From the NCBI GenBank assembly GCA_010015585.1, contig ML975161.1: DNA of 64,000 bases. One strand, written 5' to 3'. The notes under the pieces were generated by a model, which made no database searches, was not told the DNA's origin, and saw only the letters and a list, made by a program, of their open reading frames with translations. Positions 38,191 to 50,598 of this stretch are shown piece after piece. A program made the position numbers and the translations under genes. Source of the DNA: Eremomyces bilateralis CBS 781.70 (Eukaryota). Each line of letters begins with the position of its first letter. Within the stretch, counting starts at the first letter, position 1.

Positions 38191-39555
38191 TTAGCGAGCT
38201 AGTGCATACAGTGAATAAGAGGCTATCGTCTGGGCGAATGGGTACGTATATGTAGCCAAAAAGCGATCGATCAAATCAAGGGCAAGGATAGGGCAAAATA
38301 CGATGAAACCAGAGCAGAAAGAACCAGACCCAAGAACAAAATTACAGTAAGGAAAAAGAGCAGAACTAGCAACAACTACAACATGACTGAGAAGGAAGAA
38401 AAAAACTAAATAAAGAGACTCTCACCGGCACGAGCACCACCAGAACAACTAGGGGAAGAGGGGAGGTGGGGGAGGGGAGGAGGCGCCGAAACGACCATCC
38501 TGCTATGAGAGACTGTCATGTCTCTCGGAATCTTCGCCTTCTTAAACCTCACGGTCCTTACAAATACCTCTTTGAAGAGGTCTTTACGCTTATATTGCGT
38601 ATATGCGTCATGAGCCGCCATCTCGTCGTAAAATTGCAGCAGCCGCTGCCTAGCATTCTCATCTTTGCCATCCTCAATCCACCGGCGAACCTCGCCCGCC
38701 AGATTCGCAAATACGCCTATTATAGTTAGCTAGTTTCGAAACTAGGAGAACTAGGAAAAGCAAGAGAATTAGGTAAAATAGGAGGAGAATCAGAGGACTA
38801 GGAGAAATAGGGGAAATAGGAGAAATAGGCGGAGAACCAGAGAATCAAGGGAAATAGGAGGAATTGCAGAATTAAGAGAAAACAGGTGAAACTTACTCCT
38901 GCAGTACCACTTCCCAGAAGTAGATGATCCGTCATAATCCAGATATTCATGCATATAGGTGAAAACGTTAAAGAAATTGACCGACGAAAAAACAGACTCC
39001 AACTCGATATAGTTGGCAAATTTATCTACTGCAATTAATGCCGCGACTGTATCCTCTTCGATAAGTTGTTCAACGTGATTCTACGCGAAATAAGCCAAAG
39101 AACAACTCAGTAAGACGTATAGCTAGCCTTCATGTTCCTGATGGTCTCAAATTTGAAACATTTGGACCAGGCATGAATGAAACCATGCGCCTCTCGCCAT
39201 TCGACGTCGTCTGCCGTCACAGATCCGTACACGTTCTGGATCAATTTGTCCTCCTCAAAACAGCTGTGGAAAAAGAAATGATTCCATCTTATTGATCTAG
39301 ACAGCTTCGCAACTCGAGCATCGTTCTCGCTGACGGCTTCGGCGTGCTGATCGCGCTTCGGTCGTACCCGTTTCTTCGGATTGCGGAGGTAGGGTTGGAA
39401 ATTCTCGGGCTACTTAATGCGTTAGATACTGGACTTCCTATATAATTTATATGAGAAAAGCAGAGTGCGGAGCATACAGGAAGACCTGGCTCGCCCTCTT
39501 CAGGTCCAGCTTGGGAACTGGAGAGCCCCAAATCTAGGCCAGCATCATCACCCAT
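38191..39555 (-). CDS. Hypothetical multi-exon orphan protein (3' end uncertain, possibly decaying)
   Basis: Exons 39555-39478, 39409-39128, 39080-38897 and 38716-38426 join in frame through GT-AG introns and one GC-AG intron with CTRAC-like branch points. TATA-like motif at about 39670. Confidence 0.5.
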
Positions 39556-39753
39556 CTCATATGTCGATTTCAAGACGTGTCCAGCGGTATGATTAGATTT
39601 CATAGAGAAAGCAGCTAGACTTGTAGAAATCAATACATACACTAGAAGGAACACGCCGCCCGATGGCTGTAATATATATGGCTTCAAGTGGATAGAGCTG
39701 AGTTGTCCAGGAAAGCGTCGTTGGTAGCTGAGGTTTTGCCTACCAAACCGTTA

Positions 39754-39825
39754 GTTAACAGTTGGTTAACCAGCCGTTAACAGTTGGTTAACCAGCCGTT
39801 AACAGTTGGTTAACCAGCCGTTAAC
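39754..39825. repeat. Three copies of a 22-bp tandem repeat GTTAACAGTTGGTTAACCAGCC, plus GTTAAC
   Basis: Three exact copies read directly; rich in GTTAAC palindromes. Confidence 0.92.
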
Positions 39826-40340
39826 GGACCGTTAGCTAAACAAAACGGTCCAGGAAATTAACCGATAGAGTTCCAAACCGCTGATATATCTAACCGTAGA
39901 TAGAACGGTAGATTAGGAGAGACGTTGGAAATTTAGGAATGTTTAATAGAGAAACCACTTAGAGACTGTCGATTAGATTTATTAGTTGCAAAGAAAAACG
40001 TATATAATTTCGCCTGTTTGTTCGTGAATTAGCCGTCCAAACCCGGATTAGCCTATTCAGCGGTCGATGACCGGATAAAACCCCCCCCGGCCCTGTTGTA
40101 TGAATGGAGGAGACGTTATCGAATTGCTAGAGAAAAGAAGAAGAGGGAAAGGGCTCTCTCTCTTTCCAGAGTTCTAAATAATTACGCGTTTGCTCATTCA
40201 GACACTGGTCTGAGGCCATAAGGCAAATTATTCCTGAGGCCGCCAGGCCACAATCAACACTCTGGTCGTAGAGCCCAAGACTCTTACAGTTAATTATCCG
40301 TGCCCCATGACCGCCCCACAACCGGATACTCCGTAATCTG

Positions 40341-43006
40341 GGGTAAGGCTATGTCCACACGTAACGTTTGCTCCGCCTACACGTCCCGTATTGCTAGACC
40401 TACACGTATCCATAAATGGTTTAGCGTATATTTATAGAGGGATTCCTACCACGACCAAGACATCGACATCAAGACGTGAGATTCGCGCAAAATAGGCATA
40501 AAAAAGAGTAGATACTAATCAGAGATCGAGCGTCATAAACATCGCCCCTGCTGAGGTCCTCCGTGTATCCCCAGGCACGTCTCCAGTCCCCATTCCAACC
40601 CAGGCACCACGTCCACCACGCCCACGCCCCCGCCCACGGGCGGCATCCTCCCGCTCAGCGGCCTCAAACGCCCCAGGTTCGCGCCGCGATGATGTGTCCC
40701 GAGGTGCCTGCGATCCAGGCGTAGAGACTACACCAGCCGGCGATACTATCAACACGTTTCGCAGCTCTGGAAGTGGTGGTGGGGGCCTGCCATATCTCCT
40801 AGCGACTGCGGGCTCCCGGATAGCCCGGAAGGGGTCCTCTATCGCATCATCCATCTGAGTACGCCTGTACAGCCAATGTGAATCAATCATATTGATAGGG
40901 ATCTGCCAGTTAGCGTTCCCTTGGAGGTGCTCCTTGATGGTATGACAACAAGGCATGCCCATCGATATACGGAAAGTTCCTGTACAGAGATTTAAAGGAA
41001 TAGGACTGAGGCGGCGTATGCTCAATTTCGCAAGGAAGATCTGCTTCTCTAAAAGCTCTACAGCCCTCTTAGCCACCCGGTCGATTACCTCATCAGATAA
41101 CGTGAAATTGTTCCTCCACCGTGTCTGGATGAGGATAGATGCCATCTCGGCAGTAAAGATGGCCTCATTCGCGTTCTTGATAACGTTGTTTAATATCAGG
41201 TCTATAGTAACCATCAGATCTCCCGTGCTTGTTAAAACGTGCTTTTTCAGTATAGCATGCGCACTCTCAGCCCACGATGTTGTCCTGATCCCCCAATTGA
41301 GCGCTTAATCGGTCCACGCCCGGCCCCATCGTTGTCGCTTCGGATACACGTAATCCGCGAAGTATTCAAGTACCGCGGTCTGCTCGCTGAATGTCTCTTT
41401 AATCTTTGTGTAGGCGGCCTCGAAATTGGCGATAGTAACGGTATAAGCAAGCTAGATAGGTAGGAAAAGTGTTAGTCTTAAAAAATGAAATCAGAGGAGC
41501 GACATATCAGCTTACCAGTTTGAATTGCTTCAGAAACGCGGTCCGGAGCTCGCTTATTTCGTCCCTTTGTGCGGTAGTAGGAAACAGGACCTCAAGGCGC
41601 CTAGGCTTCACGAATTTCTTCGTGATATGGGTGTTGATATTCCTGAAGATATGCCAGAGGCATAGATAAGTCGAAATTGCCGGGAATATACCGTAAACCG
41701 CGTTGATCAACGCCTCATCGCTGTCAGTCAGGATAAGACGTACAGAGAGGATTCCCAAGGCGTTTTTAAGCTGTGTCAGCACCCAGATATAATCCTCTTC
41801 ACTTTCTGACTGAAGGAAGGCAAAAGCTATATCGAAATTCCTCCCCATCGCCGTTACCCCAACAGCGTGGAATAGAGGCATGTTGTACTTGTTCGTCTTG
41901 TACGTACAATCCAAGATCAAGGCGTCGTGGTGGTCCTGATAGACCTCAAGAGATCTCCGGTGAGCGAAGAACAGGTGGGTAACGCGGTGGTTCGCGTCAA
42001 CTTGGTAAGCGCAATCCAGATCTTCCCTGGCGTATAGTTCGCGTAGGATTGCTTGTGTAGCGGACTGACCACCTAACCGATGAAGCTTTTGGCCGTTTCG
42101 TCGGTTATAGATATCCTTTATAACGAGATTAGGGCCATCAGACACGCGAAGCAGTGCCATATAGATCTCTTTAGGTGTGCTTCCGGCAAGCGACATCCTA
42201 TCGCATACTTCCTTTTGCTCTATCGTCATCCGACGATGGCAGGGGTGCGCAATAGTCGAGGCAACGCGGTGGTTGTGATCTAGAGACATCCTATTTATAA
42301 CCCATAGGCGCGTCTCACGATCTATCTTTAACCGGACCTCCCATTGGCATCCTGTTTTCTTGCTTCCTCTTTTCCTCGATAGGCCAGGTGTTTTAGGAGC
42401 GGGCCCCCCACGATCGCATGCAACAATTTTCCGGTTTACCTCTTGACATCCACGGTCTTTGATACTCTTCGGGATGAAGATACCGAAGCTGCGATCGTAC
42501 GAGAATTGGAGGAGATATTGGTAGACCTCGTGCCAGGAAAGCCACCCGTTTCCTGGTGATTCTGGGCGGTTAGATACGTCAATTTCATCGGTATCTCCAG
42601 CGTCCTGGAACTCGTTGATAGCGTGCTCAAAATCAGCGTGTAATAGGGGGTCCGAAGGTATGTCTTCGTCGGTAGAAAGGTCTTGATTCTCATCACTAAC
42701 TTCATCGTCCGAAGTATCAAATTCCTCATCTTCAGGCCCCTCTGTAGGGGCATCTTCTCCGTCATCTCCACCGAAATCAGATGAATAATCGTACCCAGCG
42801 AGGCCGGGTAATTGAGCGAGCGCGAGAGACATGTGATACACGAAATCACGACGTTTCTATGTATAATTCGAGCATTAGGGAGATAGGGAACCTTGGTGGT
42901 AGAAATTCCTCTAGAAATCACGCTAAACCATTTATGGATACGTGTAGGTCTAGCAATACGGGACGTGTAGGCGGAGCAAACGTTACGTGTGGACATAGCC
43001 TTACCC
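40341..43006 (-). mobile_element. Mutator-like (MULE) DNA transposon with long TIRs
   Basis: About 87 bp perfect (about 110 bp imperfect) TIRs GGGTAAGGCTATGTCCACACGTAACG... at 40341 and 43006. Flanking duplication TAATCTG / CAATCTG. Encodes a transposase. Confidence 0.93.
40519..42841 (-). pseudogene. MULE transposase (FAR1-like DNA-binding, DDE and SWIM-like domains), one intron, inactivated by a premature TAA
   Basis: Motifs KKTGCQW..HNH, LILDCTYKTNKYNMPL, ILTDSDEALINA, LCLWHI, TTSWAESAHAILK and C...GMPCCH. Intron at ~41452-41513; TAA at 41305-41307. Confidence 0.9.
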
Positions 43007-43401
43007 CAATCTGCCGTCAGATTGTTTAAAAAGAGTAAAAGAGACGACGGCAGGTCGATCACCCAGAATGGTCGGCTTGCCTACCCTGCACGCTTATTTG
43101 ACTCAACTAACCCGACCCTATCAAAATCGCCTATCACTTCAGCCTTCCATATATTATCCCATAATCGGGTTTTTTGGAGGAAACTTGCTCGGTTGGTAAA
43201 AGCCAACGGTGCAAACCGTCTGTATGAATTCTATAGCAATTAACCGGCGGTAGGGGTAGACTTCTTCAGCCCAAACTTTTGAAGAAGTCTATAAAGAAGT
43301 CTATCAGCAAAGTTTCATGGTCAGGATTTCCTCCCTACTCTAAATCCGAAGAAATCTACTAACGGTTCCAGCGACCATGTTACCGTAGGCATCCGGACTC
43401 G

Positions 43402-46400
43402 TTAGATAACTAAAAATGCATTCAGCTGCTCGTTAATTCGTTCCATCTCCCGCCTAATCCGTTCGACCTCATCATCGACACGTCCCCGAAACTCGGGATC
43501 TCTGTCTCCTTCCAACGCTGCATGTCCATCTCTCAACATACTCAGGACAGTCTGCACTGCCTCCAAATGTGAAATAATGACCTCTTGAACTCTGTTCTCA
43601 AGTTCTTCTGCCCACTGGGAAAACTTATCCCTGCAGCACCTGTGGAGCTCCATGAAAAGACCACATGCATGATCACCAAAGCGGGTGTTAATGATATGCT
43701 TCCGCCTTGCGTCGCTACCCGTTCCTATCGAATCCGTGAGCGAAGTGAGACAAAGAGTAGTAGACGTAGATGAACAGACCAAGTTCGTTTTTACACTTTT
43801 CGTATGACTCTTTCATCAGCTCACCAATGATGGAGGTACGTATTCCAGTGAAAGTCGCCGTTTCGATATGACTAGTCGCTGTTAGTAACTTCAAAGGCTC
43901 CTAGAGCCAAACTCGCATACCGAAGCTTCTCTTCGAATAATTCGTGGGTCTGATCTACTTCATCAAGAAGAAGGTTATGTCGATGTTGAAGCGTGACAAT
44001 CAACGTTTCAACTGTTTCGGATGGGATATCTGCATTGGTAGCTAGACAGTCATAGATTATTAGCGAGTGGCTTCATAAGAGAGGGTTGACTTACATAGCG
44101 ACTGAATTACACCATCCATCGCCTCTCTAATCAGTTCACCACTCTGATTATTCAGCGATGTGAGACGTTGGCGCAGCATATCCCATGGACTGTCCATACG
44201 CGCCACCATTACTGCCATCGCCTCATCATTCCAACATCGACGATAAGGGACAGCTCCGGTAGAATGGTCTCCGTAATTTCGGCAAAAGGCTGTATAGGTA
44301 CCTTCGACAATATTAGAGTCTAATTTAACCTAACTGATGGAGAGTAGAGTTACTGAAATGCCACTGAAGTTTGTTAGTCTTCAATTGCGCACAATATCAT
44401 AATTGAGGATACTAACTCCGTTCCAGTCCATACTCGCTTTCCCAGCAGCGCTGCTCCATAGCGGGCTTTGATTTCCTGTGATGATAAGCTCGGAAATACC
44501 ACTGACTGGAGTAGCTCACGAACTCATGATTTCGGATATATGTTCCTTGAATTCCTGCTTCATCAACTGCGAGGTTTTTCTCAAGCTAGAGCCTGGCATT
44601 GAGAGCTTCTACGGATATCGCATTAGCCAACATGCGGCGCTCAGAGTCACGCGGTGTACCTACTTCTTGGAGTTCCCTGTCGACTTCATCGAGCATGTTC
44701 CGAATGGTTGCTCTTCTTTCAGCGCCGATTTTTTGCGTACCGGATTGAACCCATATCTTGATTGAACCCAGTAATACTGGAATCTCTTTTTCCATGAACT
44801 CTTTTGCTGCACGTAGCTGGCTTTGCGCAACAATGGAGATGCAATGCCTCCTGACCATGGGGATGCCGCTTAAGTCCATATATGGCTGGGCCTTTTCGCG
44901 CGATTTTCCGCGATACGTCCAGTAGTCCTTGCTGCTTACACAAAAGACTTTTTGCTCGATGCTAGGAAACTCTTCATGCTGTTGTGTAGCCAGCTTTCCC
45001 TTGACGTCGAGGTTTCGGGTTACCATGAGATGCGATTTAAGTCTAGCGTGACGTTCAGTTCGTACTTATCCAAGCCTCTTCAATTCGACACTTACTTCAA
45101 CTCGAGACGCTCCTTTTCTGCCCTGGTAGGAGAAACATATGTGAGTATAATCTTAGATGTTGAGCAATAGGAGACTTACTCCAGGGATTTCTTCTCGGTG
45201 TTGAGCTGATTCAATTCTGGCACGTCTCCAACGGATATTCCATTGGGCTTGCCTTCAATATCTTTGAGGTCCTGTTTAATATCTCCGATTTGATTAGCAA
45301 CCTCGTGACGCTCTTCCATCAGCCTTTTGAGAGTCGCTGCATCTCCACCACGCAAGTCGCATGCCGCCTCATCCTCATAAATGACCTGTCTCTATTAGAT
45401 TCCGATGTCACACACCTGATGGATCGGCTGGAGGAAATCCAGAGGGATTGACAAGACGTACCTCGGATTGAGTACAAATGATCCCGGTATTCCTTACGTT
45501 AGCTCTTTTGGCAAGCTGGAGTACATCCTGCACACCCTGATCCGACACAGCACGACGAATTTCGCAAATGGCGAAGATCTCATCGCAACTCCGCACGTAA
45601 GTCTCAGTGATCTTCACTCGAGCGGAGTTGGTGTCTTTTAGTCCTAATAATAAGATTAGTATACCTCCAAGCACCACCATCCGTCCAGTTTCTAGAGTAC
45701 TACTCACCGGGAAGATCAGCTAAGACGAGACCTTGACTCAGTATGTATGCTTTCAAATAGATGCTATTGTCGTCAGCTCTAACAAAAGCATTAATGAAGA
45801 TCAATTTTGTGACGAACCTAATCTTGCGAATGAATGGCCACACTACTCCCCGATCGGGGTTAGAGCTCGAAATAAACTTCTTCAATTGCATGGAGCATTC
45901 TTTAGGAGTAGGAGATTCATATCTCCTGCGGGCATTGATGTCTCCATCACGCAAGGGCGTATCCAACTTTTTAGCCCAGAGAAGGAGAGTGTTCAGCGCT
46001 GTCTCCATATCAACTTCCAAAAGTAATGCTTCACTTTGCCTGAGATGCGGCTCAAAGGCAGCCAGGAAGGTGTCTCGTGCAAGTACAGCGTCGTCCTTAG
46101 AATCTTCATCGCGGTGGAGATAATATCGCCGATAACCATTCAACAGTTCGCGGAAATGGTCCGTAATCTCAGCCTCGTTGAAATAGTCTACTACTGCAAC
46201 GAAGTCATTTCTATTGTGGTAGTGGAACTCGGTAACCACGCATGTGCACGCACCACTGCCGCCCTGTTATCATGTTCAGCTTCATATGTTAGGAAACAAT
46301 GAACAGGACAAATGTCGGTTACTAACAGTCTTAGCCAGACCGTTCACATCCAACAATGCATTCAGGAGACTACTCTTGCCTGGAAAATGTAAGAACATTT

Positions 46401-47351
46401 CCCCTTTCGTAGAAGCACGGAATGATACTCACCTACTCCTGAGACTCCAACGAGGCCGACTGTGCGCTTCGCGGGACACTCGAAACCACTTAAGGTTTGT
46501 GCCCTCTCATAATGACCTGCGAAAGGAGAGGCCGGCTCGGTATGCAACGACGATTGCCGCAGCACTGATGTCAAATCAGAGACGAGATTCTTTGCCTGGT
46601 GATACCCTCGCTGGAAGTCTGGATGATGAAATGGTGCATCTGGAGGTTGTTCGTCCTCGACTCTGTAAGGTTCCTCGTTAACCTGGGCGTTAGATCTCCG
46701 TCGTGACCCTGACCGTCGACGCCTCGTGGAGTCAGGGCTCACACTCTGTGGGCTAAGTAAGTGGCGAGGTGGGGTGGGGATTGGGACAGGGGAATTGCGA
46801 GACGAACTACTCGACCCAATCCCAAGGTTTTGTATCTCATGTGCAATGCTGCTTGTGAAGGTGAAACGAGCTTGCTGGCTGGGGGATGCAGGGCTTGATT
46901 GCCGGGAGGAAACTGGTAGGATCCTTCTTGGACTAGAAATGGTGTTTTCCTGAGGAGGAAACGGCGATGGCGTAGCAGGTCCCCCCAAAGTCAAATTACG
47001 AGTACGTTCAGTGAGGCTATCTCCTGTGGAATTTGGTGTAAGGATTCTCGCGCTCGGTGAAGGCGACGATGTAGTAGTGCCTCCATGTTCCACTGAAGGG
47101 GGTAAACTTATGGAGAATGAAGGGGCTCGAAAGTGAACGGCGGGGCTGCTAAGAGAGCCAATAATTGATGATGCTTCGCCGTCCCGTTCGATTGAAGGAA
47201 GAGCCATGTCTCTGCTAAAAGGTGTTCGAGCAGGCGAGGGAGATGCTCCAAAGATAAATATTTCGGAACTCGGTTTGCGTGGATTGATCGATGGACGACT
47301 TGATTGACTCTGGGTTGGGTCGGATGCAGATGATGATGGATTAGAATCCAT
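43402..47351 (-). CDS. Dynamin-superfamily / SLIP-GC-like P-loop GTPase with Ser/Pro-rich N-terminus (many exons)
   Basis: G1 GVSGV/GKSSLLNALL (split by an intron), G2 ACTCVVTEF, G3 LADLPG/LKDTNSAR and LSGIPMVRRHC. C-terminal YTAFCRNYGDH..WNDE. Confidence 0.8.
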
Positions 47352-48866
47352 TACAGCAGTCTGAACGATAAGTCAATTCGGTTTCAATCCCTCGCGCCTT
47401 CCACGCCCGTAATTACTCGCCTCACTATTCCTAACAGGACCCTGATGTGTAGTTTGAACCGAAACTGAATAGACTCGGACTTGGAAGAGCAGTAACTATA
47501 CGCGTAGGTTGAACCACACCGACACAAGCTGAAAGACAGGTAATTTAGAACACTAAAACCTTCGAGAAAGGCTCTTGATATACTCGTTCCAGCAAATAGT
47601 GTGGCTTGGATTGAAACTGGGATGGAACAGATCATTGCGGCACAGCAACCAGCCAGACGACCACATGATATGTAGATGGCCTTTTGGGCGCCAATTGCGG
47701 CCCTCGGTTAATAGACTGTGACCCAACCGTTTCATCGTTTATGTCTCGGGAAATTCTATTGCTCTCGGGACTGCTCAGCGAGGATTTGCGTATCAGAAGT
47801 GTATCACTAGAGGTATGTATGGTGTTGCCGTGTTGATCGTTTTGGCGTGTCAATCAATCACGGGGCAGGCATTCAGATAGAACATACAACTTACACAATA
47901 CAACACCTTTGCTGCTGTCACAAAAATACCCTGACTTCCACCTATTTTAGCACATTCCAGTGCGACATCTACTTCTTACACAATACATGCAGCATCTCAC
48001 CACCTCCGTCAGGTAACATATTGCTTCAGTGATTGATTAACATGCCTAAAAGATCAACAAACCCTTACAAACCAGAGGTTCACCTCAGCTTTCTGCGGCA
48101 CTTGCTCTAAGATCGGTGTTATGTGCAAACCAGAATCATCTACAATCTCTTTTTTCATGTCATCAACCGACGTTGTCGTGTGATGATGCACCCCTCATCC
48201 TACCTCGTCCTTGAAAGTCTCTCGAGTGTAACGGATCACAATCTTGAATGGTGATTCCGGTGGTAACGTTATGAATTTAGCTACAGAAGAAGGGAGAAGT
48301 TCCCAGTGTGCGTCCGGAATGATCTATGAAGCCTCACATCGTGAGGCTGCCTCAGGCCGCAAGGCCAACTATCCACAGTCTGGGCCGACAGCCCAAGACT
48401 ATGACATCGAGCGATGATAAGTCCTGTCTGAAGACGAGGAAGAGATCGAGCTTCCGATCCCCTTTTTCGAAGCGCGTCGCTAGGCTGACCTTCGCGGTAA
48501 TTATGCTCGTAATTGATTAGCCGGTTCTAGGGCGCAGACTAGACGAATTCGGATGTGGGTCCTATAGAGAAGGTATTATAAATGAACTTCAATGCATTGA
48601 CATCATAGTAGCGGGATATCCTTAGGATATCAATGATTCTAACTAGTCATTAGAAATTAATTTACTGTCGTTATTATGGTAAGGCTTCAACACAGTTGCT
48701 AACTATCACATGCGAATACGTGCGAATCCTAGCTGCCCTAGGCTTGACCTTGCCGCAATATTCAATCCGTAATGTTTTATCTCATGGATTTTAAAGCCTT
48801 AACTTAATCTTACGCAAGCCACATATAATCCTACGGCCCGTTCCGCGGGTCCGTCTTATATATCTC

Positions 48867-49406
48867 TGTTAACACTGCTAGACAAAACAGCCGTCAGAAT
48901 CCAATCACGTCAGGTCTTGGTGGAGTCACTAGGATAAAGAAACGGATCAAAGAAGACTCGAACCGGCAACGATAACAAAGGATTACATCATCGCTAATCA
49001 CGCCATACAGTCCAAATACAACGTAAGATTAGGAAGTCTTTATATGATGACGTAAACAAAGAAGGCAATAAAAGACATAAGGAATGTAACGTATTGCCGG
49101 ATGCAGCAATACGGTCAGATATATAAGGAGGGAAGATCCTTTAGATCTTGCTCTTATTACCTCAGTTCAGATCGATAACTTAGGCCCTTTAGTACAGTCT
49201 ATCTTACTATTGTTCTTTTATTAGAATTACCTTATTGGTTCCTGTCGTGGCCTACCACTGCTGCTAAAAGAGATTGAGCCTCTTCTATTAAGATATTCCA
49301 ATCCCAATAATCTCCATGTTCGAACCGTTGGGGAGATTCCGAATCCCTGGATTCACCCCTGCTCGTTGGGCGGCTAAACCGGGTCGGTCAATGTTGTTCC
49401 TGGACA
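48867..49406 (+). mobile_element. Probable solo LTR (~540 bp)
   Basis: TGT...ACA ends, internal GATATATAAGG TATA box followed by a T-rich tract, TpA-rich RIP-like composition, and near-matching flanks TCTC/TCTT. Confidence 0.4.
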
Positions 49407-50598
49407 TCTTAAGTTTCATACCCCTTTTTTCTTGCATCTGAACAGTAACCCGACATATTTTAAAGTGATTAACGTTATCAACTACCTGGGCGCTGATGGC
49501 GCCACCCGAAGTATATTTACCCGTACCATGGCCCTGAAGTAATTTGCAGGTGCGCTACTGCAGGGGTATGAGTCAAGATATGAACCGGTGTATTTTCCCT
49601 TAACGTTTTCCTTATTCAATTGCGTGGGACACGGTGAGGGCAATGGTCACCCCCACTGCCAGGCTGAAACAAAGTGTAGGGTTATAAAGTGGAATTTATC
49701 AAATGCTCCTGGATAATAGAGATCGATCTGGACGTGCGAAATGCTGAGAGCGCTAGAGATGAGAACAGAGAAAAGGGAATGACAGCGATCCATCGAGCGA
49801 CGGGCTTCGATCTTGTTTATTATGTGAGAAAACAGAGAGAGACCTCGCAGCGAAGCCATAGCGTTTGACACCATCATGCTTCCAAAATTAGCGTAGAGGC
49901 ATGGAAGTTCTGAAGGTCAAGAAAACCGAGAGTTGGAACCCCCAGGTGTTTTGAGGACTGAGGAGGACTGCATGGAGCAAGGATCCTGCGCTGTGAGTGG
50001 ATGTGAGGCCTTGGCACAACGGCAGGGAGTTTTGGGGCACTGCCGGTAACGAGACAGGAGCGTTTTGCCTAGGCGGAAAACCCTCTGAAAACGGCGTCAG
50101 AAACCGCCGTTTTTGGATGCAAGTTCGGTAGCACATAACGTTACTACGTAATATAGTTATGTGAGTCAGAGTGCTAACTAAGGCAACCTTTGGTTGAGTA
50201 CCCCCCCGCGCCTTATTGGTACAAGAGAGATTTATTGGCTTTGAGGCCTCAGGCTTCAAGTCTGGATTTCCGGCCTCTCATGGGTATTGGCGGATTTATG
50301 TTCATGCCTTAGAGCTTAAGGCACAACTGGGGTGATGGCCGTCTGATGTGTCTGGAGTGGAGTCTGGACTTCAGACAATCGAACACTCGTCGACCGTCCA
50401 GAGAGCAATGGAACTGTCGGCATTCCTTTGACATCCCGCAACCGTCCAACAAGTCACGACATCTCTCGCTACTGAACTTCCCACCACTCATTCAGCCACC
50501 CTCGCCAAACGGGTTAGATCCGTTCTTACTGCTTGCGGGCGCATTTAAACGCACCTAACCGCTGCGTCCCCTACGTCGTTCGTCGCCCAAGCCCCACC

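Larger units (their letters stand above)
39746..43367. mobile_element. Putative outer non-autonomous element (~0.95 kb without the nested MULE) with 10-bp TIRs and 3-bp TSD
   Basis: CCA|AACCGTTAGT ... ACTAACGGTT|CCA, subterminal 22-bp tandem repeats, and an internal ORF split by the MULE. Confidence 0.5.

Noticed and set aside
38200..38900. Purine-rich low-complexity tracts read as TE remnants or TM-coding ORFs
   Set aside because: Better explained as pyrimidine-rich introns of the minus-strand orphan gene.
39754..39825. CRISPR-like or telomeric array
   Set aside because: Contiguous tandem repeats without spacers in a eukaryotic context; no TTAGGG.
33000..49500. Starship-type giant element
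   Set aside because: The cargo-like genes are suggestive, but no DUF3435 tyrosine recombinase or boundary direct repeats are visible in the window.
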